The notes under the pieces are model-generated. The model made no database searches. It saw nothing but the letters and a program-made list of their open reading frames with translations, and was not told where the DNA came from. From Rickettsia typhi (GTDB lineage Bacteria; Pseudomonadota; Alphaproteobacteria; Rickettsiales; UBA1997), in contig CAMAXU010000002.1 of the NCBI GenBank assembly GCA_945862455.1, forward strand, positions 257-64,256: DNA of 64,000 nucleotides. The letters run 5' to 3'. Shown here piece after piece: positions 39,065 through 49,226 of the stretch; position 1 is the first letter of the stretch, and every line of letters begins with the position of its first letter. The translations under genes were made by a program, and so were the position numbers.

Positions 39065-39147
39065 GAAGAGTCGTTAAAATTGCTAATTTGAAAGTCACAA
39101 ATAAAGTGCGGCAACCTTTCAATTAATCAATCTATTTAATCTAGAAA

Positions 39148-40065
39148 ATGAAATTTTTTCTCAGAGTTTTTTCTAGCTTTTTGATTGTGTTTCTTTTGTT
39201 TTCATGCAGCCAAAAACCTGCGAAAATAGTGAATCGCAGTAAAAATGTTTATAGCAAAAATAATGCAAAAAATCGCGATGTTAGAAAAGTGGAAAAACCA
39301 AAAAGCCGCGAGGTTGAAGTTGCTGAAAGCGACACTGTTTATACCGTTTCCAAAAAATATCAGGTTCCAATCCAAGACATCATAAAACAAAATAACCTGA
39401 AAGCGCCCTACAACTTCAAGGGTGGGGAAAAATTAACTCTTCCAGCCCCGACTTATCATGAAGTAAAATCTGGCGAAACTCTTTATGCAATTTCGCGTCA
39501 ATATAACATGAAGATTGATAATATTATTGAGCTCAATGATTTGAAAGAGCCTTACAGCGTCAAGACGGGACAGAAGTTGAAAATTGCCAATGTGGTTGAG
39601 AAAAAAACTGATGAAAAATTGAGGCAAGCACCAGAAATAAAGGCTGAGGTAAAATCTCCGGAAACTATTGTTGAAAAAATCGCTGACAAATTTAACCATT
39701 TTTCTTGGCCGGTTCGCGGTACAATTGTTTCAAAATTTGGACCAAAAAGCGGCGGACTTTATAATGACGGAATTAACATAAAAGCCAAAGAAGGCTCTGA
39801 TGTTAAGGCTTCAGAAGATGGCGTTGTTGCTTATGTTGGCAATGAACTTAAAGGCTATGGAAATTTAATTATTGTAAAACATGCCGGCGGCTGGATCACA
39901 GCTTATGCGCATTTAGGAAAATGGACAGTTAAGCGCGGGGAATCAGTTAAAAAAGGTCAAAAAATTGCTAATGTTGGATCTACGGGAAATGTTAATTCAC
40001 CGCAGCTTTATTTTGGTTTGCGTAAAGGCCGCGATGCGGTAAATCCTGAAAATTATTTGAAGTAA
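39148..40065 (+). CDS. LysM-M23 murein hydrolase activator lipoprotein (NlpD-like)
   Basis: Lipobox LLFSCS, two LysM repeats (YTVSKKYQV.., GETLYAISRQYNM..), and an M23 domain (GINIKAKEGSDV.A..DG.V.Y....KGYGN.IIVKH..G..T.YAHL). Confidence 0.88.
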   Translation: MKFFLRVFSSFLIVFLLFSCSQKPAKIVNRSKNVYSKNNAKNRDVRKVEKPKSREVEVAESDTVYTVSKKYQVPIQDIIKQNNLKAPYNFKGGEKLTLPAPTYHEVKSGETLYAISRQYNMKIDNIIELNDLKEPYSVKTGQKLKIANVVEKKTDEKLRQAPEIKAEVKSPETIVEKIADKFNHFSWPVRGTIVSKFGPKSGGLYNDGINIKAKEGSDVKASEDGVVAYVGNELKGYGNLIIVKHAGGWITAYAHLGKWTVKRGESVKKGQKIANVGSTGNVNSPQLYFGLRKGRDAVNPENYLK

Positions 40066-40994
40066 TGTCATTTTTAAAAATTTTCTCCAGATCAAAAATC
40101 AGCGATCAGCTAAAAAGTAGTTCCGGCAAGATTTCGACAGCGATCGCGCAGATTTTTACTCATAAAAAACTTGATGCTTTAACTCTCGAAGAGTTAGAGG
40201 AAGTTCTGATTTTAAGTGATATGGGAAGTGAGGTGGCGAGTTCGATAATTACAAATTTGAAAGCGCAAAAATTTGAAAAAAATATCGATGAAAATGAGAT
40301 TAAAAATTTTCTAAAACAGGAAATTGAGAACATTTTAAAACCTTGCCAAAAGGCGCTGGCGCTGGATGAATCTAAAAAGCCGCAAGTAATAATTTTTAAT
40401 GGCGTAAATGGCGCTGGCAAAACTACAACAATTGGAAAAGTTGCACAAAATTTAAAAAATCAAAATAAAAAAGTTTTAATCGCCGCCTGCGACACCTTTA
40501 GAGCAGCGGCTTCACATCAATTAGAAATCTGGGCTAAAAGAGTTGGTTGTGAAATTGTAATGCCAACAAAAGATGGTGAAGATCCGGCCGCAGTTGCTTA
40601 TCGCGCTTTTGATTTAGCCAAAAAAAATGATTTTGATGCGGTGTTGGTTGATACGGCTGGAAGGCTGCAAAATAAGCAAAATTTAATGGATGAACTCAAA
40701 AAAATTAATTCAGTTTTAAAGAAAATCGACGGCGCTGCACCGCATGAAAATTTGCTAATTTTAGATGCAACAACTGGTCAAAACGCCAAATCGCAATTAG
40801 AAATTTTTAACCAGATTGTTGGAATTACTGGCATTGTAATAACTAAATTGGATGGCTCTGCTAAAGGTGGCATCGTGGTTGCTCTTGCTCAAAAATTCTC
40901 CAAACCAATTTATGCAATTGGAGTTGGTGAAAAACTTGATGATTTGCAAGAATTTGATGCTGCAAGTTTTGCCAAGAATTTGGTTGGGCTTTAA
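40065..40994 (+). CDS. ftsY: signal recognition particle receptor FtsY
   Basis: NG domain: GVNGAGKTTTIGK, DTFRAAA, DTAGR, TKLDG.AKGG. Confidence 0.95.
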   Translation: MSFLKIFSRSKISDQLKSSSGKISTAIAQIFTHKKLDALTLEELEEVLILSDMGSEVASSIITNLKAQKFEKNIDENEIKNFLKQEIENILKPCQKALALDESKKPQVIIFNGVNGAGKTTTIGKVAQNLKNQNKKVLIAACDTFRAAASHQLEIWAKRVGCEIVMPTKDGEDPAAVAYRAFDLAKKNDFDAVLVDTAGRLQNKQNLMDELKKINSVLKKIDGAAPHENLLILDATTGQNAKSQLEIFNQIVGITGIVITKLDGSAKGGIVVALAQKFSKPIYAIGVGEKLDDLQEFDAASFAKNLVGL

Positions 40995-41221
40995 TATTAT
41001 TAGTTTGTTGCGGTTCCATCAGAAAGGTTACAAGCAGTTGATTCCCCTGATTCAGATAGGGCATAATTAAAAAAATGTGGGGCTTTTTTCAATAATTTTC
41101 AAACTAACTCATAGTCATGTTGAGCTTAGTTTCTCAGTTTTTTAATTATACCCAGATTTGCGACAGCGCCATAATGCCTCGTTGGCTTAGGGTTGAAGTT
41201 ATAAATTTCTGGAAGGCGGTG

Positions 41222-41327
41222 AAGACCGAGTGGACCCCGTCTTGAAGACGGGGTGACAATGATTATAGTTTATCCAACTAACTTTACACTTGTCACCCCG
41301 TCTTCAAGACGGGGTCCACTCGGTCTT
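41222..41327. repeat. palindromic element, family PE-2 (simple copy)
   Basis: Perfect 37-bp arms aagaccgagtggaccccgtcttgaagacggggtgaca / tgtcaccccgtcttcaagacggggtccactcggtctt around a 32-bp spacer. Confidence 0.9.
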
Positions 41328-41338
41328 TAAAAATCTAT

Positions 41339-42838
41339 CTAAACAAATTCTCGAATTCTTTCGCAAGCCTTTATTAAAGCCTGTGCTTTATTGATGCATT
41401 CCTGATATTCCGATTTTGGATCTGAATCAAACACAACTCCTGCTCCTGCTTGCAAGTAAATTTTACCATCTTTAATCAATGCTGATCTAAGTGTAATGCA
41501 GGTTTCCATATCGCCATTACTAGCAAAATAACCAACACATCCAGCGTAAAAACTGCGTTTAACTTTTTCAATTTCTTCAATGATTTCCATAGCGCGGATT
41601 TTGGGAGCACCACTGACTGTTCCGGCCGGAAAGCCTGAGATCAAAGCATCCAGAGCATCAAGATTATCGCGTAAAATTCCTTCAACATTGGAAGAAATAT
41701 GCATTACATGCGAATAATGTTCGATCACCATTTTTTCAGTCACAACTACGGAGCCTTCCTTAGAAACGCGTCCGGCATCGTGGCGACCTAAGTCGATAAG
41801 CATTAAATGTTCGGCTATTTCTTTTTCATCATTCAAAAGTTCGGCGGCAATTCTTTTATCTTCTTCTGGATTTTTACCTCTTTTGCGCGTTCCAGCTAAA
41901 GGTCGCACCGTAACTTTTTTATCTTTGAGTGAAACCATGATTTCAGGACTGGAGCCGATTAAAGCGAAATCATCAAATTTTAAATAAAACAAAAAGGGTG
42001 AAGGATTTACTGAACGCAAAGCGCGATAAAAAGCAAATTCCGAAATGTTAGAATTGAAATTAGAAGTAAATCTTTGTGAAGGTAAAACCTGAAAAATATC
42101 GCCGTCAGTAATATATTTTTTAGAATGCTCAACTGCGTCGCAATATTCTTTTTCGCTATAATTTGAGGCAAAGTTAAAATCGGCTGTAACGGTTTTTGAA
42201 CTAGAAATATAAGGTTTCATCAAGATTTTTTCAGCTAAATCAATTCGCGCTTCCACATCTTCGTAACTTTGTTTTGAAAAAGTCGGCGCACAAATTAAGA
42301 CGCAGTCAAAAAGATTATCAAATACCAAGATAATTTGTGGGCGGATGAAAATGCTGTCAGGAATATTTAACTCATCTTTTAAGCCGCGATTGGAAATTTT
42401 TTCCATCAGGCGAACCATGTCGTAACCTAAAAATCCAAAAATTCCGCCGCACATTGCAGGAAGTGCCGCTGCGCCATAATTTAAATGGCTCCAATCGATG
42501 TGAGATTTTTTTATTAGTTGACGGAAATTGCTTAAAACTTCACCATTTTCTTGCTCAAAATTTTGGGGATTTTCCGCAAAATCAGAATTGATAAAAGATT
42601 TTTCACCAACACATTTCCACACCAAATCTGGCATAAATCCAAGTACAGAAAAACGACCTTTGTTATTGCCATTTTCTGCCGATTCAAAAAGAAAATGATG
42701 ACTAGGGAAAGATTGCGCAACCTTTAATGAAGCCAGAACTGGCGTGATTATATCAGCAGGAATTTTCTTAAATAAAACGGTTGAACCAGTTTTATTTAAT
42801 TCATTTAAAAACTCATCTTTGCTGAAATTATAACTCAT
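41339..42838 (-). CDS. trpE: anthranilate synthase component I (TrpE family)
   Basis: FLFESAENGNNKGRFSVLGF (LLES..GRYS-type), C-terminal chorismate-binding GAGVVFDSDP..E..E. PabB-type function cannot be excluded. Confidence 0.8.
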   Translation of the reverse strand: MSYNFSKDEFLNELNKTGSTVLFKKIPADIITPVLASLKVAQSFPSHHFLFESAENGNNKGRFSVLGFMPDLVWKCVGEKSFINSDFAENPQNFEQENGEVLSNFRQLIKKSHIDWSHLNYGAAALPAMCGGIFGFLGYDMVRLMEKISNRGLKDELNIPDSIFIRPQIILVFDNLFDCVLICAPTFSKQSYEDVEARIDLAEKILMKPYISSSKTVTADFNFASNYSEKEYCDAVEHSKKYITDGDIFQVLPSQRFTSNFNSNISEFAFYRALRSVNPSPFLFYLKFDDFALIGSSPEIMVSLKDKKVTVRPLAGTRKRGKNPEEDKRIAAELLNDEKEIAEHLMLIDLGRHDAGRVSKEGSVVVTEKMVIEHYSHVMHISSNVEGILRDNLDALDALISGFPAGTVSGAPKIRAMEIIEEIEKVKRSFYAGCVGYFASNGDMETCITLRSALIKDGKIYLQAGAGVVFDSDPKSEYQECINKAQALIKACERIREFV

Positions 42839-44779
42839 TTATTTTGCCGCTTCTTCTTTTTTTCCTAAAAGTTTTTCATTAACTTTAACCGGATTTTCTT
42901 TGAGCAAATAAGTGTTAAATTCTTGCAAAAGTTCTGTTCTGAAATCTTCGGCAGCCTTTTGTTTGACTGCTGTAAGTTGGTTAGAATCAGTAGTTGGTTT
43001 TTTAATTTCGCGTAAAATTCCGATCATAATTTCTGAAGATCCACTTGGAAAAGCGTCAGTTACTTGACCGATTTTCATACTAAATAAATCATCCAAAAAT
43101 TTATTTTGATAAGGAATTTGACGACCTTGGAAATTGATGTAGAAAACGCGTGGGAAGTCGTGATTTTTTTCTAGTTTCAATTTGTATTTAGTCGCAATTG
43201 AAGCAACTTGCGAAGGATTTGCTTTAATTTCTTCATCAATTTTTTTAGCTAAAACCAACAAAGCTTCCTGCTTCTTAACTGCATTTAATTCTTCCAAAAT
43301 TAATGTTTTAACTTCCGGCAAATCTCTTTCGTGAGCAGCGTTAATTTCTTCAAGTTGCAAAACGTAAAATCCCTCCGAATTTTGAGCGTAGAAAACTTTA
43401 GAAACCTGTCCTTTCTTTAGGGCAAAACTATTATTAGCAAAATCAGCAAAACCTTTGATTTCATTGACTTCAACACCTTTAGCATTTTGACCTTTTTGAT
43501 TGATTGTGACCGCTGGCGCAACCACGCCAAGATTGAATTTTTTAGTGATATCAGTCAGAGAATTTGTCGGAGAGTTTGAAGTTAAAAGAGCATCATCAAT
43601 TTCAGTAATTTTTGATTGCAAAATTTTATCTTCTCTTCCTTCCAACATTTTTTGTTTCAAGCTGGCTTTAACATCAGCAAAAGCCATTGGTTGAGATGGC
43701 TTAATTTCATTCAACAAGAAAATGTGATAACCAAGCGGGCTTGAAAGTGGCGGGCTATATTCGTTAAGCGCCATTTTAAAAGTTGTTTCGGCAAGTTCGG
43801 GAATTAAATCTTTTTTGGAAAAATTATTTAAAGTAATCGCCTTTAAATCTTTCTTTAAAATTTCTTTAGCAAGTTTAGCAAACTCAGCTTGAAGCTTTGA
43901 TTTATCTGCTGCGTCGAGTTTTTTAGCAAATGCTTTAGCATCATCTTCTTTTTCAAAAAGAACCTGATAAAAATTTCTGCTTTCTGGTTTGATGAAGGTA
44001 TCTTTATTTTTTTCATATTCAGCCAAAAGTTCGGCTTCGCTAATTTGTAAATCTTTAGCAAAATCTTTTTTGGAAAAATGTAAGTAAGAAACTTTTCTTA
44101 ATTCAGGAACGGCATATTTCTCTTTGTTTTTTTCGAAATATTTTTGCACTTCTTCGTCAGTTACTTTTTGGGAAATTTTTACATCTTTATCAGAAATTGT
44201 AATTACATCGGCAATACGTTTTTCTTGTTTGAAATTTTCTTCTTCCAAAAGCATGGCATAATTGATTGGAGCTGCCATTGACATAGTTTGAATAATCATT
44301 GTCGCGGTGATGTCATTAGCAACTTCGCTGACATATTTTTCTTCATTCAAGCTGTTTTTAGCTAAAAATTTCTTGAAAGCTTCGTGATCAAATTTTCCTT
44401 CTTTATTTTTGAAGTTTGAATCTTTGGCAACCATTTCCAGAATCAGCTTTCTGCTTGCTTCAACGCCGAAATCATCATGAAGTTTTTCAATCATTATGCG
44501 GTTTACGGTGCGACCTAAAACGTCAGATTTAAATTGGTCGGAATCCAGATATTTCATGGCTTCTTCGCTTTTATTCGCAGCTAAAATTCTTTCACGCTCA
44601 TTTTGCATGCTTTTATTAAAAGTGTTTAAGCCGACAGTTGTATTGCCAACTTTAACTACCCAAGAATTAGGATTTCCTAAAATAAATCCGCTCACGCCGA
44701 AGAAAACAAAGCTTAGAGCTAGGATTGCCAAGAAAATTTTAAAAAGGATATTGCCTGCGAGTCTGCGAAATATATGCAT
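42839..44779 (-). CDS. ppiD: periplasmic chaperone / peptidyl-prolyl isomerase PpiD-like
   Basis: N-terminal TM anchor, SurA-N-like region, and a central parvulin-like segment. Abuts trpE. Confidence 0.8.
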   Translation of the reverse strand: MHIFRRLAGNILFKIFLAILALSFVFFGVSGFILGNPNSWVVKVGNTTVGLNTFNKSMQNERERILAANKSEEAMKYLDSDQFKSDVLGRTVNRIMIEKLHDDFGVEASRKLILEMVAKDSNFKNKEGKFDHEAFKKFLAKNSLNEEKYVSEVANDITATMIIQTMSMAAPINYAMLLEEENFKQEKRIADVITISDKDVKISQKVTDEEVQKYFEKNKEKYAVPELRKVSYLHFSKKDFAKDLQISEAELLAEYEKNKDTFIKPESRNFYQVLFEKEDDAKAFAKKLDAADKSKLQAEFAKLAKEILKKDLKAITLNNFSKKDLIPELAETTFKMALNEYSPPLSSPLGYHIFLLNEIKPSQPMAFADVKASLKQKMLEGREDKILQSKITEIDDALLTSNSPTNSLTDITKKFNLGVVAPAVTINQKGQNAKGVEVNEIKGFADFANNSFALKKGQVSKVFYAQNSEGFYVLQLEEINAAHERDLPEVKTLILEELNAVKKQEALLVLAKKIDEEIKANPSQVASIATKYKLKLEKNHDFPRVFYINFQGRQIPYQNKFLDDLFSMKIGQVTDAFPSGSSEIMIGILREIKKPTTDSNQLTAVKQKAAEDFRTELLQEFNTYLLKENPVKVNEKLLGKKEEAAK

Positions 44780-44947
44780 TTGTAGAGGAAAATTAGTTTT
44801 GTGAATTAAGGATTTTTTTAAATCTTTTAGTTTTCGTTAATTCATAAATCAATTGTTTTGGCAATTCTTTCGTCAATTTATACTTGAGAAAATTCTTCAA
44901 ATAAAAAAAATGCATCGCTCCTTCACTTAGTTAAATCAATCAAACAA

Positions 44948-46189
44948 ATGTTAATTGTACAAAAATTTGGCGGTACTTCCGTTGGTGATATAGGGCGCAT
45001 AAAAAATGTTGCTAAAAAAGTAAAAGCCGAGCTCGACAAAAAAAATAAAGTTATTGTGGTAGTGTCGGCGATGTCTGGTGTTACTAATCAGCTTGTAGAT
45101 TATTGTAACCAAGTTTCATCTTTAATGTCGGATGAAAGTTTGGCGGAATATGATTCAATTGTCGCAACTGGCGAGCAAATTACTTGCGGTTTGTTGGCTT
45201 TGGAATTGCAGTCGATTGGCTACAAAGCCAGATCTTTTCTGGGCTGGCAACTTCCAATTGCAACTGACGATGTTCATAGCAAGGCTAGAATTGATGTAAT
45301 TGACGACGCCGCTTTATTAAAATCTTTAGAAGAATTTGATGTTGTAGTAATTGCTGGTTTTCAAGGAATTCACCTTGAATCAAATCGGGTTACAACTTTG
45401 GGACGCGGCGGTTCTGATACTTCGGCTGTTGCAATTGCAGCGGCAGTAAAAGCTGATTTATGTGATATTTACACCGACGTAAATGGGGTTTACACAACAG
45501 ATCCACGCATCACCGATAAAGCCAGAAAATTGAAAAAAGTTACCTACGAAGAAATGCTAGAAATGGCATATAGCGGTTCGAAAGTTTTGCAAACTCGTTC
45601 AGTTGCAATGGCGATGGCGCATAATGTGCGGGTGCGAGTTTTATCAACTTTTGAAGATGTTACAGAATTATCGGGAACAATCTTAGTAAATAATAACGAG
45701 GAAATCATGGAAAGAAGAGTTATCACTGGCATTAGCTATAGCAAAAATGAAGTTCATATCACGCTTGAAAAAATGCCCGATCATCCGGGTCTTTCAGCGG
45801 CAATTTTTGGTGTGTTAGCACAAAAAGAAGTAAATGTTGATATGATTGTGCAAAATATCAGTGCTGATGGAAAATTTGTTGATATAACTTTTACAACCGG
45901 AAAAGAAGAAATTGAGCGCGCCCGCTTGGCGATTGAATCAATTAAGGATGAAGTAAAATACGCCGAATTAAAAATTGACGATAATATTGCAAAAATTTCG
46001 GTAATCGGCGTGGGCATGATTAGCCATTCTGGCGTTGCGCATACAATGTTTAAAACTTTGGCCGATAAAGGAATTAACCTGCTTTTGATTTCTACTTCTG
46101 AAATTAAAATTTCGGTTTTGATTGCGAAAGAATATGGCGAATTAGCAGTGCGTGTGTTGCATGATGCTTATGGCTTGAGTAAGGCTTAG
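44948..46189 (+). CDS. lysC: aspartate kinase
   Basis: VQKFGGTSV, VVSAM.G.T, GRGGSDT, and two C-terminal ACT domains. Confidence 0.95.
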   Translation: MLIVQKFGGTSVGDIGRIKNVAKKVKAELDKKNKVIVVVSAMSGVTNQLVDYCNQVSSLMSDESLAEYDSIVATGEQITCGLLALELQSIGYKARSFLGWQLPIATDDVHSKARIDVIDDAALLKSLEEFDVVVIAGFQGIHLESNRVTTLGRGGSDTSAVAIAAAVKADLCDIYTDVNGVYTTDPRITDKARKLKKVTYEEMLEMAYSGSKVLQTRSVAMAMAHNVRVRVLSTFEDVTELSGTILVNNNEEIMERRVITGISYSKNEVHITLEKMPDHPGLSAAIFGVLAQKEVNVDMIVQNISADGKFVDITFTTGKEEIERARLAIESIKDEVKYAELKIDDNIAKISVIGVGMISHSGVAHTMFKTLADKGINLLLISTSEIKISVLIAKEYGELAVRVLHDAYGLSKA

Positions 46190-46192
46190 TTT

Positions 46193-46242
46193 TATTGAGA
46201 TTATTAAGATCCTGAACTTGCTTCAGGATCTAATTCTAATCA
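46193..46242. repeat. short palindrome between lysC and birA
   Basis: ttgagattattaagatcctgaa cttgc ttcaggatctaattctaatcaa. It shares caagttcaggat/atcctgaa with the prmC insertion. Confidence 0.65.
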
Positions 46243-46250
46243 AAAAATCT

Positions 46251-46982
46251 TTAAGCCACATCTGCCGCCGAAATTTTAAGAATTTTCTCGCCAGTTTTCA
46301 AAACTAAATTTCCCTCTTCATCCAAATCTTCAAAAATTCCTTCGATTTTTTCTTCATCAAGTTTCACCGTAATTTTCTCGCCTAATTTATAAGCATTTTC
46401 CAGCCATAATTTTCTTATGCCTTTAAATCCAAAATCATGCCAATTTTGGTAAAGTTTTTCAAATTCATCCAAGAAATTTTGTAGTGCTAATTCTATTGAA
46501 ATTGTGATTTCAAAATCTTTCAAATTTCCCGCTGGAAAAATTACATTATTTGGATTTGACTCAATATTTAAGCCAATTCCCAAAACTACAAATTCGCAAT
46601 TTTCACCAGAAATTTTACTTTCTAAAAGCAATCCCGCGACTTTTTTTTCATCAATTAAAAGATCATTTGGCCATTTTGCCAAAACAGAATTTTTAGCAAT
46701 TTTCGCGATTGAATTTCTAAGCGCCGTAATTGCGATAAAAGAAATTTGGAAAATTTCTGCAGCGGAAATTTTTGGTTGCAAAACCAAAGAAAAATAAAGA
46801 TTTCCTGATGGTGAAATCCAAGCGCGATCTTTTCTGCCGCGTCCTTGAGTTTGAAAGCGGGCGAGGATAATTTCATTTTCAGAAATCTGGCGTGAATTTG
46901 CTAAACCAAAAGCCTGTGAATTGGTGCTAGATAATTCGTTAAATTCATGGATGGTGAAATTTTTGTAAGTCCAGTTTTTCAT
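46251..46982 (-). CDS. birA: biotin--[acetyl-CoA-carboxylase] ligase (class I, no HTH)
   Basis: QTQGRGRKDRAWISPSGNLYFS and KWPNDLL. Confidence 0.9.
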   Translation of the reverse strand: MKNWTYKNFTIHEFNELSSTNSQAFGLANSRQISENEIILARFQTQGRGRKDRAWISPSGNLYFSLVLQPKISAAEIFQISFIAITALRNSIAKIAKNSVLAKWPNDLLIDEKKVAGLLLESKISGENCEFVVLGIGLNIESNPNNVIFPAGNLKDFEITISIELALQNFLDEFEKLYQNWHDFGFKGIRKLWLENAYKLGEKITVKLDEEKIEGIFEDLDEEGNLVLKTGEKILKISAADVA

Positions 46983-47007
46983 GGTTATTTTGGTTTAAAT
47001 TTATCTG

Positions 47008-47168
47008 ATACCAAGTTGCGATCAAAAAGTGAGTAAATAACTGCAGAATTTTGGTAAAAATTTGCTCGAATAATGACGCTGTATCCCTGATACAGCTTAC
47101 ATTATCTGTCGCAATTTTTCCTCAAAATTTCTTTATTATTTACTCACTTTTTGATCTCAACTTGGTAT
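47008..47168. repeat. nested palindromic element, family PE-1 (full copy)
   Basis: TIRs ataccaagttgcgatcaaaaagtgagtaaataa / ttatttactcactttttgatctcaacttggtat. Core ttttggtaaaaatttgctcgaataatga + hairpin (gctgtatc/gatacagc) + cattatctgtcgcaatttttcctcaaaa. Confidence 0.85.
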
Positions 47169-47924
47169 GACAAAAATCCAGTTTGATTCGTCGGATAATT
47201 TTTTTTCGAAGCGATATTTTTCTTCTTTAAATTCTTTTAAATCTTGCGGATTAGAAATTTTATTTTTAATGGCAAAATTCGTCATTAATCCGCGGGCTTT
47301 TTTAGCCTTAATTCCGATTATTTTTAGCGCATCACCTTTCTTTTCTTTAAAGGCAATATTGATAATTTTTGGTTCAATTTTTTTCAAATTTAGTGCCGAA
47401 AAATATTCTTCTGATGCTAAATTTATAATCGGATTTCCGCTCGCTTCATCATTAAAATAATCGGTAATTTTATCGCCCCAAAATTCATAAAGATTTTTTG
47501 ATAAAAATTTAAATTTTTTAAAATCAGTTCCCATTTCCAAGCGATAAGGTTGCATTAAATCTAGCGGTTTTAAAACTCCATAAAAGCCCGATAAAATTCG
47601 CACAGTTTTTTGGGCAAAATCAAAATCTTTTTTAGTAAAATTTTTCTTATCAATTCCGGCGTAAACATCGCCGTCAAAAGCCAATAAAGACTGACGTGAA
47701 TTTTTTAGATTATATTTATTTTCAAAATTCTGAAATCTGGCAAAATTCAATTCAGCCAGTTTTTTGCTGATTCCCATCAATTTTTCGAGATCAAAAATGG
47801 AGAATTTTTTTAACCCCAAAGCCAGCTTTTGTGTTTCTATTGCGAAATGTGGAATTGTGAAATTCTCTACATCAAATTTTGTGTCGTAATCTAGTGATTT
47901 AGCGGGTGAAAGAAGGATTAACAT
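47157..47924 (-). CDS. yaaA: peroxide stress protein YaaA (UPF0246)
   Basis: MLILLSPAKSLDY, YRLEM. The last 4 codons including the stop lie inside the PE-1 right arm. Confidence 0.9.
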   Translation of the reverse strand: MLILLSPAKSLDYDTKFDVENFTIPHFAIETQKLALGLKKFSIFDLEKLMGISKKLAELNFARFQNFENKYNLKNSRQSLLAFDGDVYAGIDKKNFTKKDFDFAQKTVRILSGFYGVLKPLDLMQPYRLEMGTDFKKFKFLSKNLYEFWGDKITDYFNDEASGNPIINLASEEYFSALNLKKIEPKIINIAFKEKKGDALKIIGIKAKKARGLMTNFAIKNKISNPQDLKEFKEEKYRFEKKLSDESNWIFVIPS

Positions 47925-48004
47925 AATGATTTCTTGCTTTTAAAATTGGACGAGAATTAAATGCGTTTTTAATTCGCATACCTTCCTAAATTTTCCTTTT
48001 AAAA

Positions 48005-48616
48005 ATGACACAAGAATTACCTTTAATGCGCAAGGCAACCGCAGTTTGGTTAGTTGAAAACACTTCGTTAACCTTCACCCAAATTGCCAATTTCTGTGGT
48101 TTACACGAACTAGAAGTTCAAGGCATCGCTGACGGTGATGTGGCTTCAGGAATTATCGGGCAAAATCCGATTTTGTCAGGTCAATTAACTCGTGAAGAAA
48201 TCGCTCGTTGCGAAGGTAAAGAAAATAGTATTTTAATTCTAAATAAAAGTGCGGTTAGCCAAGTTAAATCAACTGAAAAAGATTCGAAATATACCCCAAT
48301 TGCACGCCGCCAAGACAAACCAGACGGCATTTCATATTTGCTTAAATATTATCCTGAAATCACCAATGGCCAAGTTAAAAAGTTGGTCGGAACAACCGAT
48401 AAAATGATTGATTCAATCAGAAGTCGTGCCCATTGGAACATGAAAAACATCAAGCCGCGCGATGTAGTTTTGCTTGGTCTTTGCAGTCAATCACAATTTA
48501 ACGATGTGATTTCGCAAGTTAAATCAGGTGGCGGCGCAGCTGAAGAAAATCCGACTAAAAAAAAGAAAGCCTCAGCAAAAACTCCAAAAATCAAAACCCC
48601 AAAAGCTAAAAAATAA
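48005..48616 (+). CDS. DUF1013 / TrcR-like cell-cycle regulator protein
   Basis: PLMRKATAVWLVENTSLTFTQIA.FCGLHELEVQGIADGDVA.GI is the alphaproteobacterial DUF1013 signature. Lys-rich tail. Confidence 0.8.
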   Translation: MTQELPLMRKATAVWLVENTSLTFTQIANFCGLHELEVQGIADGDVASGIIGQNPILSGQLTREEIARCEGKENSILILNKSAVSQVKSTEKDSKYTPIARRQDKPDGISYLLKYYPEITNGQVKKLVGTTDKMIDSIRSRAHWNMKNIKPRDVVLLGLCSQSQFNDVISQVKSGGGAAEENPTKKKKASAKTPKIKTPKAKK

Positions 48617-49092
48617 TGACTTTAGAAATCGGACAAGCAGCACCATTATTTGCTAATCTAACTGACGAAGGTTCGGAAATTGCTCTGTCAGAATTGAAAG
48701 GTAAAAATGTAGTTTTATATTTTTATCCAAAAGATGACACGCCGGGTTGCACTATTGAAGCCCAAGATTTCACCAAAAAAATCAAAGAATTCGAGGCGCT
48801 TGATTGCGTAGTTTTAGGCGTTTCTAAAGATAATGGCGAAAGTCATTGCAAATTTATCGAAAAATATAATTTGGCTTTCAATTTATTGGTCGATGAAGAT
48901 GGCGAACTTTGCCGCAAATATGGTGTCATAAAAGAGAAATCAATGTTTGGTAAAAAATATATGGGCATTGATCGTAGCACTTTCTTGATCGATAAAATGG
49001 GTAAGATTTTTAAAATCTGGCATTCAGTGAAAGTCAACGGCCATGTTGAAGAGGTTTTAAAGGAATTAGCCAAATTGGCAAAATCTGCTTGA
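48616..49092 (+). CDS. bcp: thioredoxin-dependent peroxiredoxin Bcp
   Basis: VLYFYPKDDTPGCTIEA peroxidatic Cys motif. Confidence 0.92.
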   Translation: MTLEIGQAAPLFANLTDEGSEIALSELKGKNVVLYFYPKDDTPGCTIEAQDFTKKIKEFEALDCVVLGVSKDNGESHCKFIEKYNLAFNLLVDEDGELCRKYGVIKEKSMFGKKYMGIDRSTFLIDKMGKIFKIWHSVKVNGHVEEVLKELAKLAKSA

Positions 49093-49226
49093 TCTTTCTA
49101 CTTCGATGAATAACTTGCCGCGCTCTTTTGTGCGGGACTCGTTGATCGGCCCACAATTTTGACCACAAGATTGATCTTATAAATCCACCTTTCCAATCAA
49201 ATTCAAATAAACTTTTAGGAGTGATA

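Noticed and set aside
40995-41221. SRP RNA, tRNA or other ncRNA downstream of ftsY
   Set aside because: Only short hairpins are present (for example aaactaactca/tgagcttagttt). There is no tRNA cloverleaf, no SRP domain IV motif and no convincing terminator.
44780-44947. Lysine riboswitch (L-box) upstream of lysC
   Set aside because: The leader is very AT-rich and lacks the conserved GC-rich helices and AGAGGCGC-type core. Nothing recognisable is present.
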